From contig OZ253670.1 of assembly GCA_965263395.1 (NCBI GenBank), positions 1,387,958 to 1,451,957 of the forward strand: a stretch of 64,000 bases of DNA. The letters are read 5' to 3'. The notes beneath the pieces are model-generated. The model did not search any database. It was not told where the DNA came from and saw only the letters and a program-made list of their open reading frames with translations. Both the position numbers and the translations under genes were made by a program. Numbering within the stretch: position 1 is the stretch's first letter; each line of letters opens with the position of its first letter. The DNA comes from Dehalococcoidia bacterium. GTDB taxonomy: Bacteria; Chloroflexota; Dehalococcoidia; Lucifugimonadales; UBA3495. Positions 44,784 through 53,067 of the stretch are shown here, piece after piece.

Positions 44784-44792
44784 ATTATATCA
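44784..44792 (-). promoter_or_regulatory. extended -10 element (TGATATAAT) upstream of the antiporter gene
   Basis: The minus strand reads TGATATAAT about 40 nt upstream of ATG 44744. The -35 is weak. Confidence 0.35.
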
Positions 44793-45016
44793 CCGGCCCC
44801 AAACGTTGCGTAACCGCGCCGGAGGCCCCGGTTTGTCCTGTTTGGATGGTGGGAATGGTGGAGACCTTGAAAGCTCCTGCCGGAACCTGCTTGCCCGAAA
44901 CGACCTTGATAGAGCCGGACCAACCGTAACTCTAACACAGGCAGGGAGCGCCTCCGCCATCAGGGTCTTTCGGTGCCTTGCCCTCGAGAGCCTCCTGCCC
45001 GCCGCCATCACGTTTC

Positions 45017-45045
45017 TTGACAACAAATAGGGCCTTTGTTAACAT
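45017..45045 (+). promoter_or_regulatory. sigma70-like promoter upstream of thrC
   Basis: TTGACA (45017-45022), 17-nt spacer, TAACAT (45040-45045). About 70 nt upstream of GTG 45116. Confidence 0.4.
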
Positions 45046-45115
45046 CGGCCTTGCCTTGACCTTCCGGTCAACTGCCCCTCAGCCTCTCTTCCAATCCTCG
45101 GAGGTAGCCTACGCT

Positions 45116-46405
45116 GTGTCTTTTGTAAGTGGACTGAAATGTCGGGAATGCAGCCGGGAATACCCTGCTGAGGCCATCAACGTTTGCGACTTCTGCTTCG
45201 GCCCTTTGGAAGTTGTCTACGATTACGACGGCATATCCGAGACCATCAGCGCCGGCAGTATTTCCGCCGGGCCGCTGAGCATCTGGCGCTACCAGGACCT
45301 GCTGCCCGCCAGCGGCGAAGACCCGGTGGACATTATGGCCGGGTTTACCCCCCTGATTAAGGCCCGCAACCTGGGCCGGCGGCTGGGACTCAACAACCTG
45401 TACATCAAAAACGACAGCGTCAACCCCTCCTTTTCCTTCAAGGACCGGGTGGTTTCCGTGGCGGCGACCAAGGCGGTGGAATTCGGGTTCGAGACGCTGG
45501 CCTGCGCCTCCACCGGCAACCTGGCTTGCAGCGTCGCAGCCCACGCCGCCCGCGCCGGGGTGCGGTCGGTGGTCTTCATTCCCTCAGACCTGGAGCGCGG
45601 CAAGGTCATCGGAGCCGCGGTCTACGGCCCCACGATGGTGGCGGTGGACGGCACCTACGACGAGGTTAACCGCCTGTGCAGCGAGGTGGGCGACAACTAT
45701 CCCTGGGCCTTCGTCAACATCAATATGCGCCCCTACTACGCCGAGGGCAGCAAGACCCTGGGCTACGAGGTGGCCGAGCAGTTGGGGTGGCGCCTGCCGC
45801 AGCACGTTGTGGTGCCGTCGGCGTCCGGCGCCATGTTCACCAAGATTTGGAAGGGCTTCAACGAACTGGCCTGCCTGGGCTTGCTCGACGGCGTGAATGC
45901 CATGTCTTTCGGCCCCGACCAGAACACAGTGCATCATCCCGCCGTCACCACCAAAATGCACATGGCGCAGGCTGAAGGGTGCTGTCCCATCGTGACTGCC
46001 TGGAAGGAAGGGCAGACCCACGTCCGGCCGGTGCGTCCCAACAGCATCGCCAAGTCGCTGGCCATCGGCAACCCGGCCGACGGCATTTACGCCCTGCGGG
46101 TTATCAAGAACTCCGGCGGCAGCGGCAGCATCGTGCCCGAGTCCGAGGTCGTGGACGGCATCAAGACGCTGGCCGAAACCGAGGGCATCTTCACCGAGAC
46201 TGCCGGCGGCGTGGTAATCACGGCGCTGCGGGACTTGGCCCTTTCCGGGGCCATCAAACCCGACGAGTTGACCGTTGCCTACATCACCGGCAACGGGTTG
46301 AAGACCCAGGAAGCGGTGGAGGAAGTGGTCAATCCCTTGTTAATCAAGGCCACCCTAAGTTCCTTTGAAGAGGCACTGCAGGGCCGGGCCGTGGTTGGGT
46401 TGTAG
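45116..46405 (+). CDS. thrC: threonine synthase-family PLP enzyme with N-terminal zinc ribbon
   Basis: CRECSREY...CDFCFGPLEV zinc ribbon, PLP-lysine motif NPSFSFKDRVVS, and ACASTGNLA. GTG start lies 11 nt after GGAGG. Confidence 0.8.
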   Translation: MSFVSGLKCRECSREYPAEAINVCDFCFGPLEVVYDYDGISETISAGSISAGPLSIWRYQDLLPASGEDPVDIMAGFTPLIKARNLGRRLGLNNLYIKNDSVNPSFSFKDRVVSVAATKAVEFGFETLACASTGNLACSVAAHAARAGVRSVVFIPSDLERGKVIGAAVYGPTMVAVDGTYDEVNRLCSEVGDNYPWAFVNINMRPYYAEGSKTLGYEVAEQLGWRLPQHVVVPSASGAMFTKIWKGFNELACLGLLDGVNAMSFGPDQNTVHHPAVTTKMHMAQAEGCCPIVTAWKEGQTHVRPVRPNSIAKSLAIGNPADGIYALRVIKNSGGSGSIVPESEVVDGIKTLAETEGIFTETAGGVVITALRDLALSGAIKPDELTVAYITGNGLKTQEAVEEVVNPLLIKATLSSFEEALQGRAVVGL

Positions 46406-46532
46406 CAGTAGGGTTATAGTCGTCGGGTTGCAGCCCCAGGGTTGCCGTCGGCGCCAGTCGCCGCCGCATCGGCCATCGGGCCGTTAACCGGGATTGGCGC
46501 TTTGGATGATGGGAGCGGGAAGGTAGCTGAAC

Positions 46533-46775
46533 ATGGACCGTCAACGAGTCCGGTTCACCTTCGAAGGTGAGCAGGTCAAAGAGCCTATAATCTACCGGCT
46601 GGGACAGGACTTCCACATTGTTACCAACATTCGCCGCGCCGACGTGCGGGACCGCATCGGCTGGGTGATACTGGAGTTGGACGGGGAAAAGGAAGAGATA
46701 GAACGCGGCTTGCAGTGGGTCAGTTCCACCGGCGTCCGCGTAGACCCGGTGGGCGGAGACGTAATCGAGGGCTGA
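46533..46775 (+). CDS. NIL-domain protein
   Basis: 80 aa. EPIIYRLGQDFHIVTNIRRADVRDRIGWVILELDGEKEEIERGLQWV fits the NIL (MetN C-terminal-like) pattern. Confidence 0.65.
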   Translation: MDRQRVRFTFEGEQVKEPIIYRLGQDFHIVTNIRRADVRDRIGWVILELDGEKEEIERGLQWVSSTGVRVDPVGGDVIEG

Positions 46776-46888
46776 GCAGGATGAGTCCGCCGGCTTGATG
46801 CGCTCAAAGGACTACTTCATTGACCGCCCGTCCTGAGTTTATCGAAGCACCCGAAGTCCACCATGCAATCAGAATAAGGAGTTCCCAC

Positions 46889-47164
46889 ATGGGCGTCTTA
46901 GTTCGCATCCCCACCCCCCTGCGGCGCATGACCAACGGCCTGGACAAGGTTGAAATGGACGAATCCAACTTGTCGGAGATGATTGACAAGCTGGAGTCGG
47001 ACTACCCCGGCTTCAAGGAGCGCCTCATCGACGAGGATGGCGAGTTGCGCTACTTCGTCAACATCTACCTGAACGGCGAAGATGTGCGCTTCCTCGACGG
47101 CCTGGCAACCTCCACCAAAACCGGCGACGAAATCAGCATAGTCCCTGCCGTAGCCGGGGGGTAA
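46889..47164 (+). CDS. MoaD/ThiS-family ubiquitin-like sulfur-carrier protein
   Basis: 91 aa, with ATG after AAGGAG. Contains YFVNIYLNGEDVRFLDGLATSTKTGDEISIVPAVAGG and ends directly in Gly-Gly-stop. Confidence 0.75.
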   Translation: MGVLVRIPTPLRRMTNGLDKVEMDESNLSEMIDKLESDYPGFKERLIDEDGELRYFVNIYLNGEDVRFLDGLATSTKTGDEISIVPAVAGG

Positions 47165-47368
47165 ACCCAGCGCAACCCGGCCCCGGCATCCTCCGCTACG
47201 CATTCCCGCAGAGCCCGCCGAAACGCTATTGCTCCCCGGGATCCCGCAGTTCTGACGATCCTTGCAAGGCAACTGCAAGGCTCGTCTTATCTCGGTAACC
47301 ATCCGGTAATTGCAGCCCAGGGCTGCCACCCACTGACCTTGCTTCGAAAATCCCACGGAGTTGAGCCG

Positions 47369-50300
47369 ATGGTTACAGCAGAACACCTGGACGTAAACGA
47401 CCCCCAATATCCGTCGCTGGCCGCCAGCATCCTGCGGCGGCACGACGACGGCGACCTGGAAGCCAACATCACCAGCGCCGTCCGGGATTTCCTGATTCAG
47501 ACCGGCCTGGCCAAAAGCGATGAGATTTCCGAGGAAAACCCGCCTTCCGACACCTCCCGTTGTGCCGTTGACCTGACCGCACTGGACACCTTCATTGAGG
47601 TCAAGCGGCGGATTGGCACCCAGGGCGGTCTGAACCCCAACCCAGAGTACATCGCTCAACTCGACGATTACCTGTCCCAATCGGAGAAGCAGCAAGGGCG
47701 GGTTCGCATGGGCGTACTTACCGACGGCAGGCATTGGCTGCTGCGCTGGCCCGGCGCCGGGGAAGTCAACACGGCCCAACCCTACGCCTTCACCCTGGAC
47801 TCTGCCGGCCGTTGGCTCCCTTTATACGAGTGGCTGCGCGATAATGCCCTGGAATCCCGGGTCAACATACCGTCGGATCGGGACAGCATCGCCGCCCACT
47901 TTGGCCCCAACAGCCCCAACTACCAACGGGACATAACCGCCCTTGCCGCCCTGTACCGGCAGGCCGCGGACTACGAGACCGTCAAGGTGAAGCGGCAGCT
48001 TTGGCAGGACTTGCTCCGCACCGCTCTGGGGGAAATTGCCCGCACCCCGGCGGAAATGGACGACCTGTTCATCCGTCATACCTACCTCGGCGCCGTCATC
48101 GGCATGGTGGTGCAGGCTTCCTTTGGCATAGACATCCGCCAACTGGCGGCCATCGAGCCGGAGGACCTGCTCTACGGACGCCGCTTCCGCAACGATACCG
48201 GTCTGCAAGGAATTGTGGAGTCGGACTTCTTCACCTGGCCCGCCGAGGTTGGCGGCCGGCCCCTGCTGCAAACCCTGGCCCGCCGGATTGCCAGGTTCGA
48301 CTGGCCCGCGGCCCCGGCAGACATCGGGGCAATTCTTTACGAGACCGTAATACCGCCGGAAGAGCGGCGGCAGCTTGGCGAATACTACACTCCCGACTGG
48401 CTGGCCCGCATCATGGTCCGGGAACTGGTGTCCGACCCGCTGCGCCAGCGCGTCCTGGACCCGGCCTGCGGCTCCGGCACCTTCATCGCCCAGGCGGTGG
48501 CCCACTTCATTTCGGCTGCCCGACAAACCAGGTGGGAACCCAAAGAAGTCCTGGACCGTCTGCGGGGCGCCGTCACCGGCATTGATATTCACCCCGTGGC
48601 CGTTCACCTGGCCCGGTCTGCCTGGACTCTGGCCGCCCGCCCCGCCATCAAAGCCGCCGCCGATGCCGGTTTCGACGCTTCCCTGTCCATCCCCGTTTAC
48701 CTGGGCGACGCCCTGCAACTGCGCTTTCGCACCGGCGATATGTTCGCTCAGCAGAACGTAACCATCCAGGTGGACGATGACGACAACACCGAGTTGGTTT
48801 TTCCCATGGCCCTGGTGAGCCGGGCCGAGAACTTCGATTCCGTGATGGGCCAGGTGGCCGAGGCCATCGAACGCGGCGAAGACCCCGCCTTTGTCCTGGA
48901 CGACCACCGCATAGACGACCCCGGCGAGCGGCAGACCCTTCAGGCGACCATTGCCGCCATGCAGGAACTCCACCGCCAGGGCCGCGACCACATCTGGGCC
49001 TACTACACCCGCAACGTGGTGCGGCCGGTGGCCCTGTCCCAGGACCAGGTGGACGTGCTCATCGGCAACCCGCCCTGGCTGAACTACAACCAGACCGCCG
49101 ACGTGCTGCGGGAAGAGCTGCGCAGCTTGAGCCGCGACCGCTACGGCATATGGGCGGGAGGGCGCTACGCCAGCAATCAGGACGTGGCCGGGCTGTTCTT
49201 TGCCCGCAGCGTTGACCTGTACCTGAAGGACGGCGGCGTCATTGGCTTCGTGATGCCCCACAGCGCCCTGCAGGCCGGCCAGTACAGCAAATGGCGCAGC
49301 GGACGCTGGCGGGCGGGGAACTCGGGCCAGAGCGTCCAGGTGGACTTTGAGGTCAAACCCGCCTGGGACCTGGAGCGGCTGGAACCCAACACCTTCTTCC
49401 CGGTGCCGGCCTCGGTGGTCTTTGCTGCCAAATGCCGTCCCGACACTCCGGGTAAAGCCCTGGCTAAGTCAGTAGAACAATGGCTCGGAACGGCCGGCAC
49501 TGAAGATGTGCGTCGGGTAGACAGAGGTATCACTGATACGTCCAAAAGTGGGGATTCCCCTTATGCCGATCTATCACGGCAAGGAGCGGCAATTCGGCCT
49601 CGGCGGTTTTTCTTTGTGCAGGAAACGGAAAACACGGCAATCATCCAGGCAGGCCGGACTGTCACCGTCAACCCCCGCCGCGGCGCGCAGGACAAAGCGC
49701 CCTGGAAAAGCCTCGACCTGACCGCCATCAGCAGTCAGACCATTGAGAGGGACCACCTCTTCGACGTGCATCTGGGCGAAACCGTTGCGCCATACGTCAC
49801 TCTTGAGCCGTTGAAGGCGCTGCTGCCGTTGAAACAGGGAGACGTTGCCATTCCCGCCGACGATGACGGCCCGGGAGGAATCCGTCTGGGCGGCCTGGAA
49901 CGACGTATGCGGGGCCGCTGGCGCACGGTGAGCGATCTTTGGGAGAAAAACCGGCAAGTCTCCACCAAACTGGACTTGCTAGGTCAGATAGATTACTTGC
50001 ACAAACTCACGGCGCAATTAGATTGGCAAAGTGACCATCTCTTGAGGCCGCTACGCGTAGTATATACTTCCGGCGGTGAACCGACGGCGGCGTTGCTCAG
50101 AGATGACGACTCTATCGTTGACGAAAGGTTATATTGGACAACCTGCAAAGGTATAGAAGAAGCCAATTATCTGCTGGCTGTTATCAACAGCGAAGCGCTC
50201 TATAAAGCAGCAACCCCTCTGATGTCTAAAGGGCAATTCGGTGCCCGAGACCTGCACAAACACCTTTGGAAACTGCCGATACCGGAGTATGACCCTGAGC

Positions 50301-50512
50301 AGAAGCTCCATGCGGCTATCGCCAGGGCCGGGGAACGGGCGGCGGCGGGAGCGGCGGGCAGGCTGGAGCAGCTTCGCGAGGAACGGGGCGCCAAGCTGAC
50401 CGTGACCGTCGCCCGGCGGGAACTGCGGGCGTGGCTGCGTTCATCCCCGGAGGGCAAGGAGGTTGAAGCGGCGGTGGCGGCGGTGGCGGCGCTGCTGGGG
50501 CCGGCGGGGTAG
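47369..50512 (+). CDS. single-polypeptide type IIG/IIL (MmeI-like) restriction-modification enzyme
   Basis: N-terminal PD-ExK-like motif VDLTALDTFIEVKRR. gamma-class N6-adenine methyltransferase motifs: motif I VLDPACGSGTFI (about 48452) and motif IV VLIGNPPWLNY (NPPW at 49067-49078). About 400-aa C-terminal region, a presumed target-recognition domain. Confidence 0.7.
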   Translation: MVTAEHLDVNDPQYPSLAASILRRHDDGDLEANITSAVRDFLIQTGLAKSDEISEENPPSDTSRCAVDLTALDTFIEVKRRIGTQGGLNPNPEYIAQLDDYLSQSEKQQGRVRMGVLTDGRHWLLRWPGAGEVNTAQPYAFTLDSAGRWLPLYEWLRDNALESRVNIPSDRDSIAAHFGPNSPNYQRDITALAALYRQAADYETVKVKRQLWQDLLRTALGEIARTPAEMDDLFIRHTYLGAVIGMVVQASFGIDIRQLAAIEPEDLLYGRRFRNDTGLQGIVESDFFTWPAEVGGRPLLQTLARRIARFDWPAAPADIGAILYETVIPPEERRQLGEYYTPDWLARIMVRELVSDPLRQRVLDPACGSGTFIAQAVAHFISAARQTRWEPKEVLDRLRGAVTGIDIHPVAVHLARSAWTLAARPAIKAAADAGFDASLSIPVYLGDALQLRFRTGDMFAQQNVTIQVDDDDNTELVFPMALVSRAENFDSVMGQVAEAIERGEDPAFVLDDHRIDDPGERQTLQATIAAMQELHRQGRDHIWAYYTRNVVRPVALSQDQVDVLIGNPPWLNYNQTADVLREELRSLSRDRYGIWAGGRYASNQDVAGLFFARSVDLYLKDGGVIGFVMPHSALQAGQYSKWRSGRWRAGNSGQSVQVDFEVKPAWDLERLEPNTFFPVPASVVFAAKCRPDTPGKALAKSVEQWLGTAGTEDVRRVDRGITDTSKSGDSPYADLSRQGAAIRPRRFFFVQETENTAIIQAGRTVTVNPRRGAQDKAPWKSLDLTAISSQTIERDHLFDVHLGETVAPYVTLEPLKALLPLKQGDVAIPADDDGPGGIRLGGLERRMRGRWRTVSDLWEKNRQVSTKLDLLGQIDYLHKLTAQLDWQSDHLLRPLRVVYTSGGEPTAALLRDDDSIVDERLYWTTCKGIEEANYLLAVINSEALYKAATPLMSKGQFGARDLHKHLWKLPIPEYDPEQKLHAAIARAGERAAAGAAGRLEQLREERGAKLTVTVARRELRAWLRSSPEGKEVEAAVAAVAALLGPAG

Positions 50513-50538
50513 GCGTGGTAGTGGCCCTCCTGCTCTAA

Positions 50539-50715
50539 GCCAAGGGTGAGCGCCGCGGCCAGCCCTGCATCCGCTATATCCGCATGACCGTTAAAGACGT
50601 GATGGAATACCTGGCCGGAGGTGAAACCTGGGCGTCAATGCTCTATCACTTCGACAATCTGACCGCGGAAGATATGTACGCGTACCTATCCTTTGCGGCG
50701 GCTGAGAAAATGTGA
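50539..50715 (+). pseudogene. 5'-truncated DUF433 gene remnant
   Basis: Reads AKGERRGQPCIRYIRMTVKDVMEYLAGGETWASMLYHFDNLTAEDMYAYLSFAAAEKM-stop. This is the DUF433 core without its N-terminus or a usable start. It begins 27 nt after the RM gene stop, and a short PIN/DUF5615-like scrap (IDRSDEAVLAISRGCI) follows. Confidence 0.6.
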
Positions 50716-50763
50716 TTGACCGCAGCGATGAAGCGGTTTTGGCAATTTCCAGAGGCTGTATAT

Positions 50764-51222
50764 CTACCGGCGACCGGTCATTCTGCCGAGGCCGAAGCCG
50801 GCGCCAAGCCCGGCAACTCCGGTAATAATGGCGGTGAGCAGGTCAAACTGCTCTCGTAAAGTAAAGAATACCAATAGAGACAACAAACCGACAATGGTCA
50901 CGATGAAATAGGAGAATTGATAGCGTCGGTTCGATTTCTCGGCTTCGGCATCCCGGCTACTCTGAGCTTCGGCATTGCCCAGCATCTGGGTAAGATGTTC
51001 CGAGGTAATCCGTTGCAACACTGGGTTGACAACCGGCCCTGGGAATTGGGTTATGTGTGAAAATGAGCGGACAACCCTCCCGCGCGACTCCGGGGGCATA
51101 CGCTCCAGGATTTCGGGAGAGAGTCCGGTTTCTTCCGCTGGATTTTGTCCCTCCGTCTCAAGAGGGGCGTCCGGGTCTGTATCGCGGTTATCTTCTTCCA
51201 TTTCGTCCGCCCGCTCCGGCAA
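50764..51222 (-). CDS. hypothetical two-TM membrane protein
   Basis: Acidic N-terminus, then helices YQFSYFIVTIVGLLSLLVFFTL and LLTAIITGVAGLGAGFGLG. No family assigned with confidence. Confidence 0.5.
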   Translation of the reverse strand: MPERADEMEEDNRDTDPDAPLETEGQNPAEETGLSPEILERMPPESRGRVVRSFSHITQFPGPVVNPVLQRITSEHLTQMLGNAEAQSSRDAEAEKSNRRYQFSYFIVTIVGLLSLLVFFTLREQFDLLTAIITGVAGLGAGFGLGRMTGRR

Positions 51223-51532
51223 TCGTCAGTCCCGCAGCCCAATCCTGAAAGAAAGCGTTGATTTGCTGGTTGATTGTTGCCGCGGCATAGGCAGCCACGA
51301 ATGAATCAATGAGCGCGGCGGCCTGACCTTCAGACAAGTTCCCGGCTTTCATTTCGGCTATGATGGTTTTGACCCCGTCGTGAAAGGCACTGTCAAGCGA
51401 CTCATAAACCGGCTCTGCCAATCCGAAGGCTTGGGAGAGGGCAGCGGCAACATTGGATTCTATGGGGGGTGGTGTTTGCCGGGAACTATGCCCGGTTGTC
51501 TCTCTGGCTGTCATAACAGGACACCGCCGCAC
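51188..51532 (-). CDS. hypothetical protein
   Basis: 114-aa ORF overlapping the start of the downstream membrane-protein gene by 35 nt. No family recognised. Confidence 0.4.
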   Translation of the reverse strand: MRRCPVMTARETTGHSSRQTPPPIESNVAAALSQAFGLAEPVYESLDSAFHDGVKTIIAEMKAGNLSEGQAAALIDSFVAAYAAATINQQINAFFQDWAAGLTIAGAGGRNGRR

Positions 51533-51801
51533 TGATTCTAAAAGGGCCTGTGCTATGGATAAAAGCGCAGTAAATGGACGCTAGTAGCGCAGGCTCTAAC
51601 CATCATACCACTACCTGAGTTTCAATGGCGCCGCCGGCGTCGGCAGCGTCCCGTTTTAGGTGGGTTGGCCAGTCGGCTACGGTAAATCTGATGCTGATGC
51701 CTGCCACGCCGGCAATAACATGTACGGCTGACGAAACCACCTGAATTGCAACGCTGCCCGATTCAATTCGCCGCCTTGCCCACCCAAGATGCTATCATTG
51801 C

Positions 51802-52425
51802 TTGACGGCAGGAGCGATTGCAGAGGGCATTGTGAGAAAGAAAACTTACCAAATTGACCGGGTCCTGGAGCAGCACTGGGCCGAGCAGGATGCCGCCCTG
51901 GGCTTGGATCGGGTACTGGACCGGCAAAAAAAGGCGCAGCAAGCTGCCGCTGAGTTGGACCGGACACTGGAACAACAACTGAAAGCGTCGCTGTCCGGCG
52001 ATCTGAGCAGGAGCCTGGAACAACAAAAAAATGAATTGGCGGCCGCCGGCGGCCTCGGCCAAATCATACAGCAGCACCAGGACGCCCTGGCGGCTTTCGC
52101 CGAGGCAGGCCAGGAACTGAAACGATACAAAGATACCCTGGAAGCCGCCGGAGGCCTGGAGCGGATTTGGGAGCGGCACCAGATATTCATGGCCGCCGCC
52201 CGGGAGTTCAGCCCCCTCTTCACCATCGAACCGGGCAAGCGCAGCGGGCAACCCTGCCTCCGTCGCATACGCATGACAATCTACGACGTGCTGGAATACC
52301 AGACGTCGGGAATGACCGATGCGGAAATACTCCACGAGTTCTCCAACCTGACCCAGGAAGACCTGGACGTTTGCTGGGCCTTCGGGACCTACATGGAAGA
52401 GCGCTTCAAGTCCATCGAATCCTGA
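51802..52425 (+). CDS. DUF433 antitoxin-like protein with long coiled-coil N-terminal extension
   Basis: C-terminus GKRSGQPCLRRIRMTIYDVLEYQTSGMTDAEILHEFSNLTQEDLDVCWAF is DUF433. It is preceded by about 130 aa of repetitive LEQ/LDR-rich helix. Start uncertain. Confidence 0.7.
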   Translation: MTAGAIAEGIVRKKTYQIDRVLEQHWAEQDAALGLDRVLDRQKKAQQAAAELDRTLEQQLKASLSGDLSRSLEQQKNELAAAGGLGQIIQQHQDALAAFAEAGQELKRYKDTLEAAGGLERIWERHQIFMAAAREFSPLFTIEPGKRSGQPCLRRIRMTIYDVLEYQTSGMTDAEILHEFSNLTQEDLDVCWAFGTYMEERFKSIES

Positions 52426-52757
52426 TGAAGCTGCTCTTCGACCAGAACCTGTCGCCGGACTTGCCGCGACTGCTGGAAGACCTTTTCCCTGAATCGCTCC
52501 ACGTCATCGGCATCGAATTGGATGCAATCGAGGATGGCATTATTTTGGCCTACGCCAAAGCCCACGACTTCATCGTAGCGACAAAGGATAAGGATTACCG
52601 AGAATTAAGCAGGATTTTGGGACCGCTGCCGAAAGTCATCCTGATTACCTCGGGCAATGGCCCCACCTCGGACGTGGCGTCGCTGCTGCGGGAACGCCAC
52701 GCTGAGGTGATTGCTCTGCAACAAGACGACGGACGGGGATTGCTGGAATTGCCCTGA
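52425..52757 (+). CDS. DUF5615 (PIN-like, COG4634) toxin-like protein
   Basis: ATG overlaps the DUF433 stop (TGATG). MKLLFDQNLSPDLPRLLEDLFPESLHV...DGIILAYAKAHDFIVATKDKDY fits the DUF5615 pattern. Confidence 0.75.
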   Translation: MKLLFDQNLSPDLPRLLEDLFPESLHVIGIELDAIEDGIILAYAKAHDFIVATKDKDYRELSRILGPLPKVILITSGNGPTSDVASLLRERHAEVIALQQDDGRGLLELP

Positions 52758-52785
52758 CCGCCTTTGCTATGCGGACAAGCTCTCG

Positions 52786-52813
52786 TTGCCCACCACGCTT
52801 TTCCTGCTACAAT
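52786..52813 (+). promoter_or_regulatory. sigma70-like promoter with extended -10
   Basis: TTGCCC (52786-52791), 16-nt spacer, TGCTACAAT (TACAAT at 52808-52813). About 250 nt upstream of the TauE-like gene. Confidence 0.4.
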
Positions 52814-52936
52814 GAGCGGCGCCATGCCACGTATTGCTTACCCCCGGAGGCCTTCCCCTGCCCGCTCCACCACGGACTGCCGCAACGGTCTGAAGCCGCG
52901 CGAAAACGGCATCTTTGCCGAGGGAGTAACCTGGCG

Positions 52937-52981
52937 GCAACTCTCCGTGATGCAACTCCCCGGAATGCAACTCTCAGAGAT
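52937..52981 (+). repeat. 3 x 15-bp tandem repeat
   Basis: GCAACTCTCCGTGAT, GCAACTCCCCGGAAT and GCAACTCTCAGAGAT. Confidence 0.8.
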
Positions 52982-53067
52982 GATGGAACAGGCTGGCATG
53001 GCTGAGACTGCCGGTTCACCGTGACCAACGTCACTCCTGAATATGCAGGGTCCCGCCAGGGCGCGCG

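Noticed and set aside
44800-45115. Riboswitch (SAM, T-box or similar) in the long gap upstream of the thrC-like gene.
   Set aside because: I could not recognise any conserved riboswitch core (for example the SAM-I or T-box specifier/T-loop sequences) by eye. I report only promoter-like hexamers, and an Infernal scan would be needed to exclude one.
47822-49261. Long antisense ORFs opposite the RM gene (47822-49261), tgt (54581-55750) and glyA (59722-60687, 60585-61541).
   Set aside because: The opposite strands encode proteins with unambiguous family motifs. The antisense translations are low-complexity.
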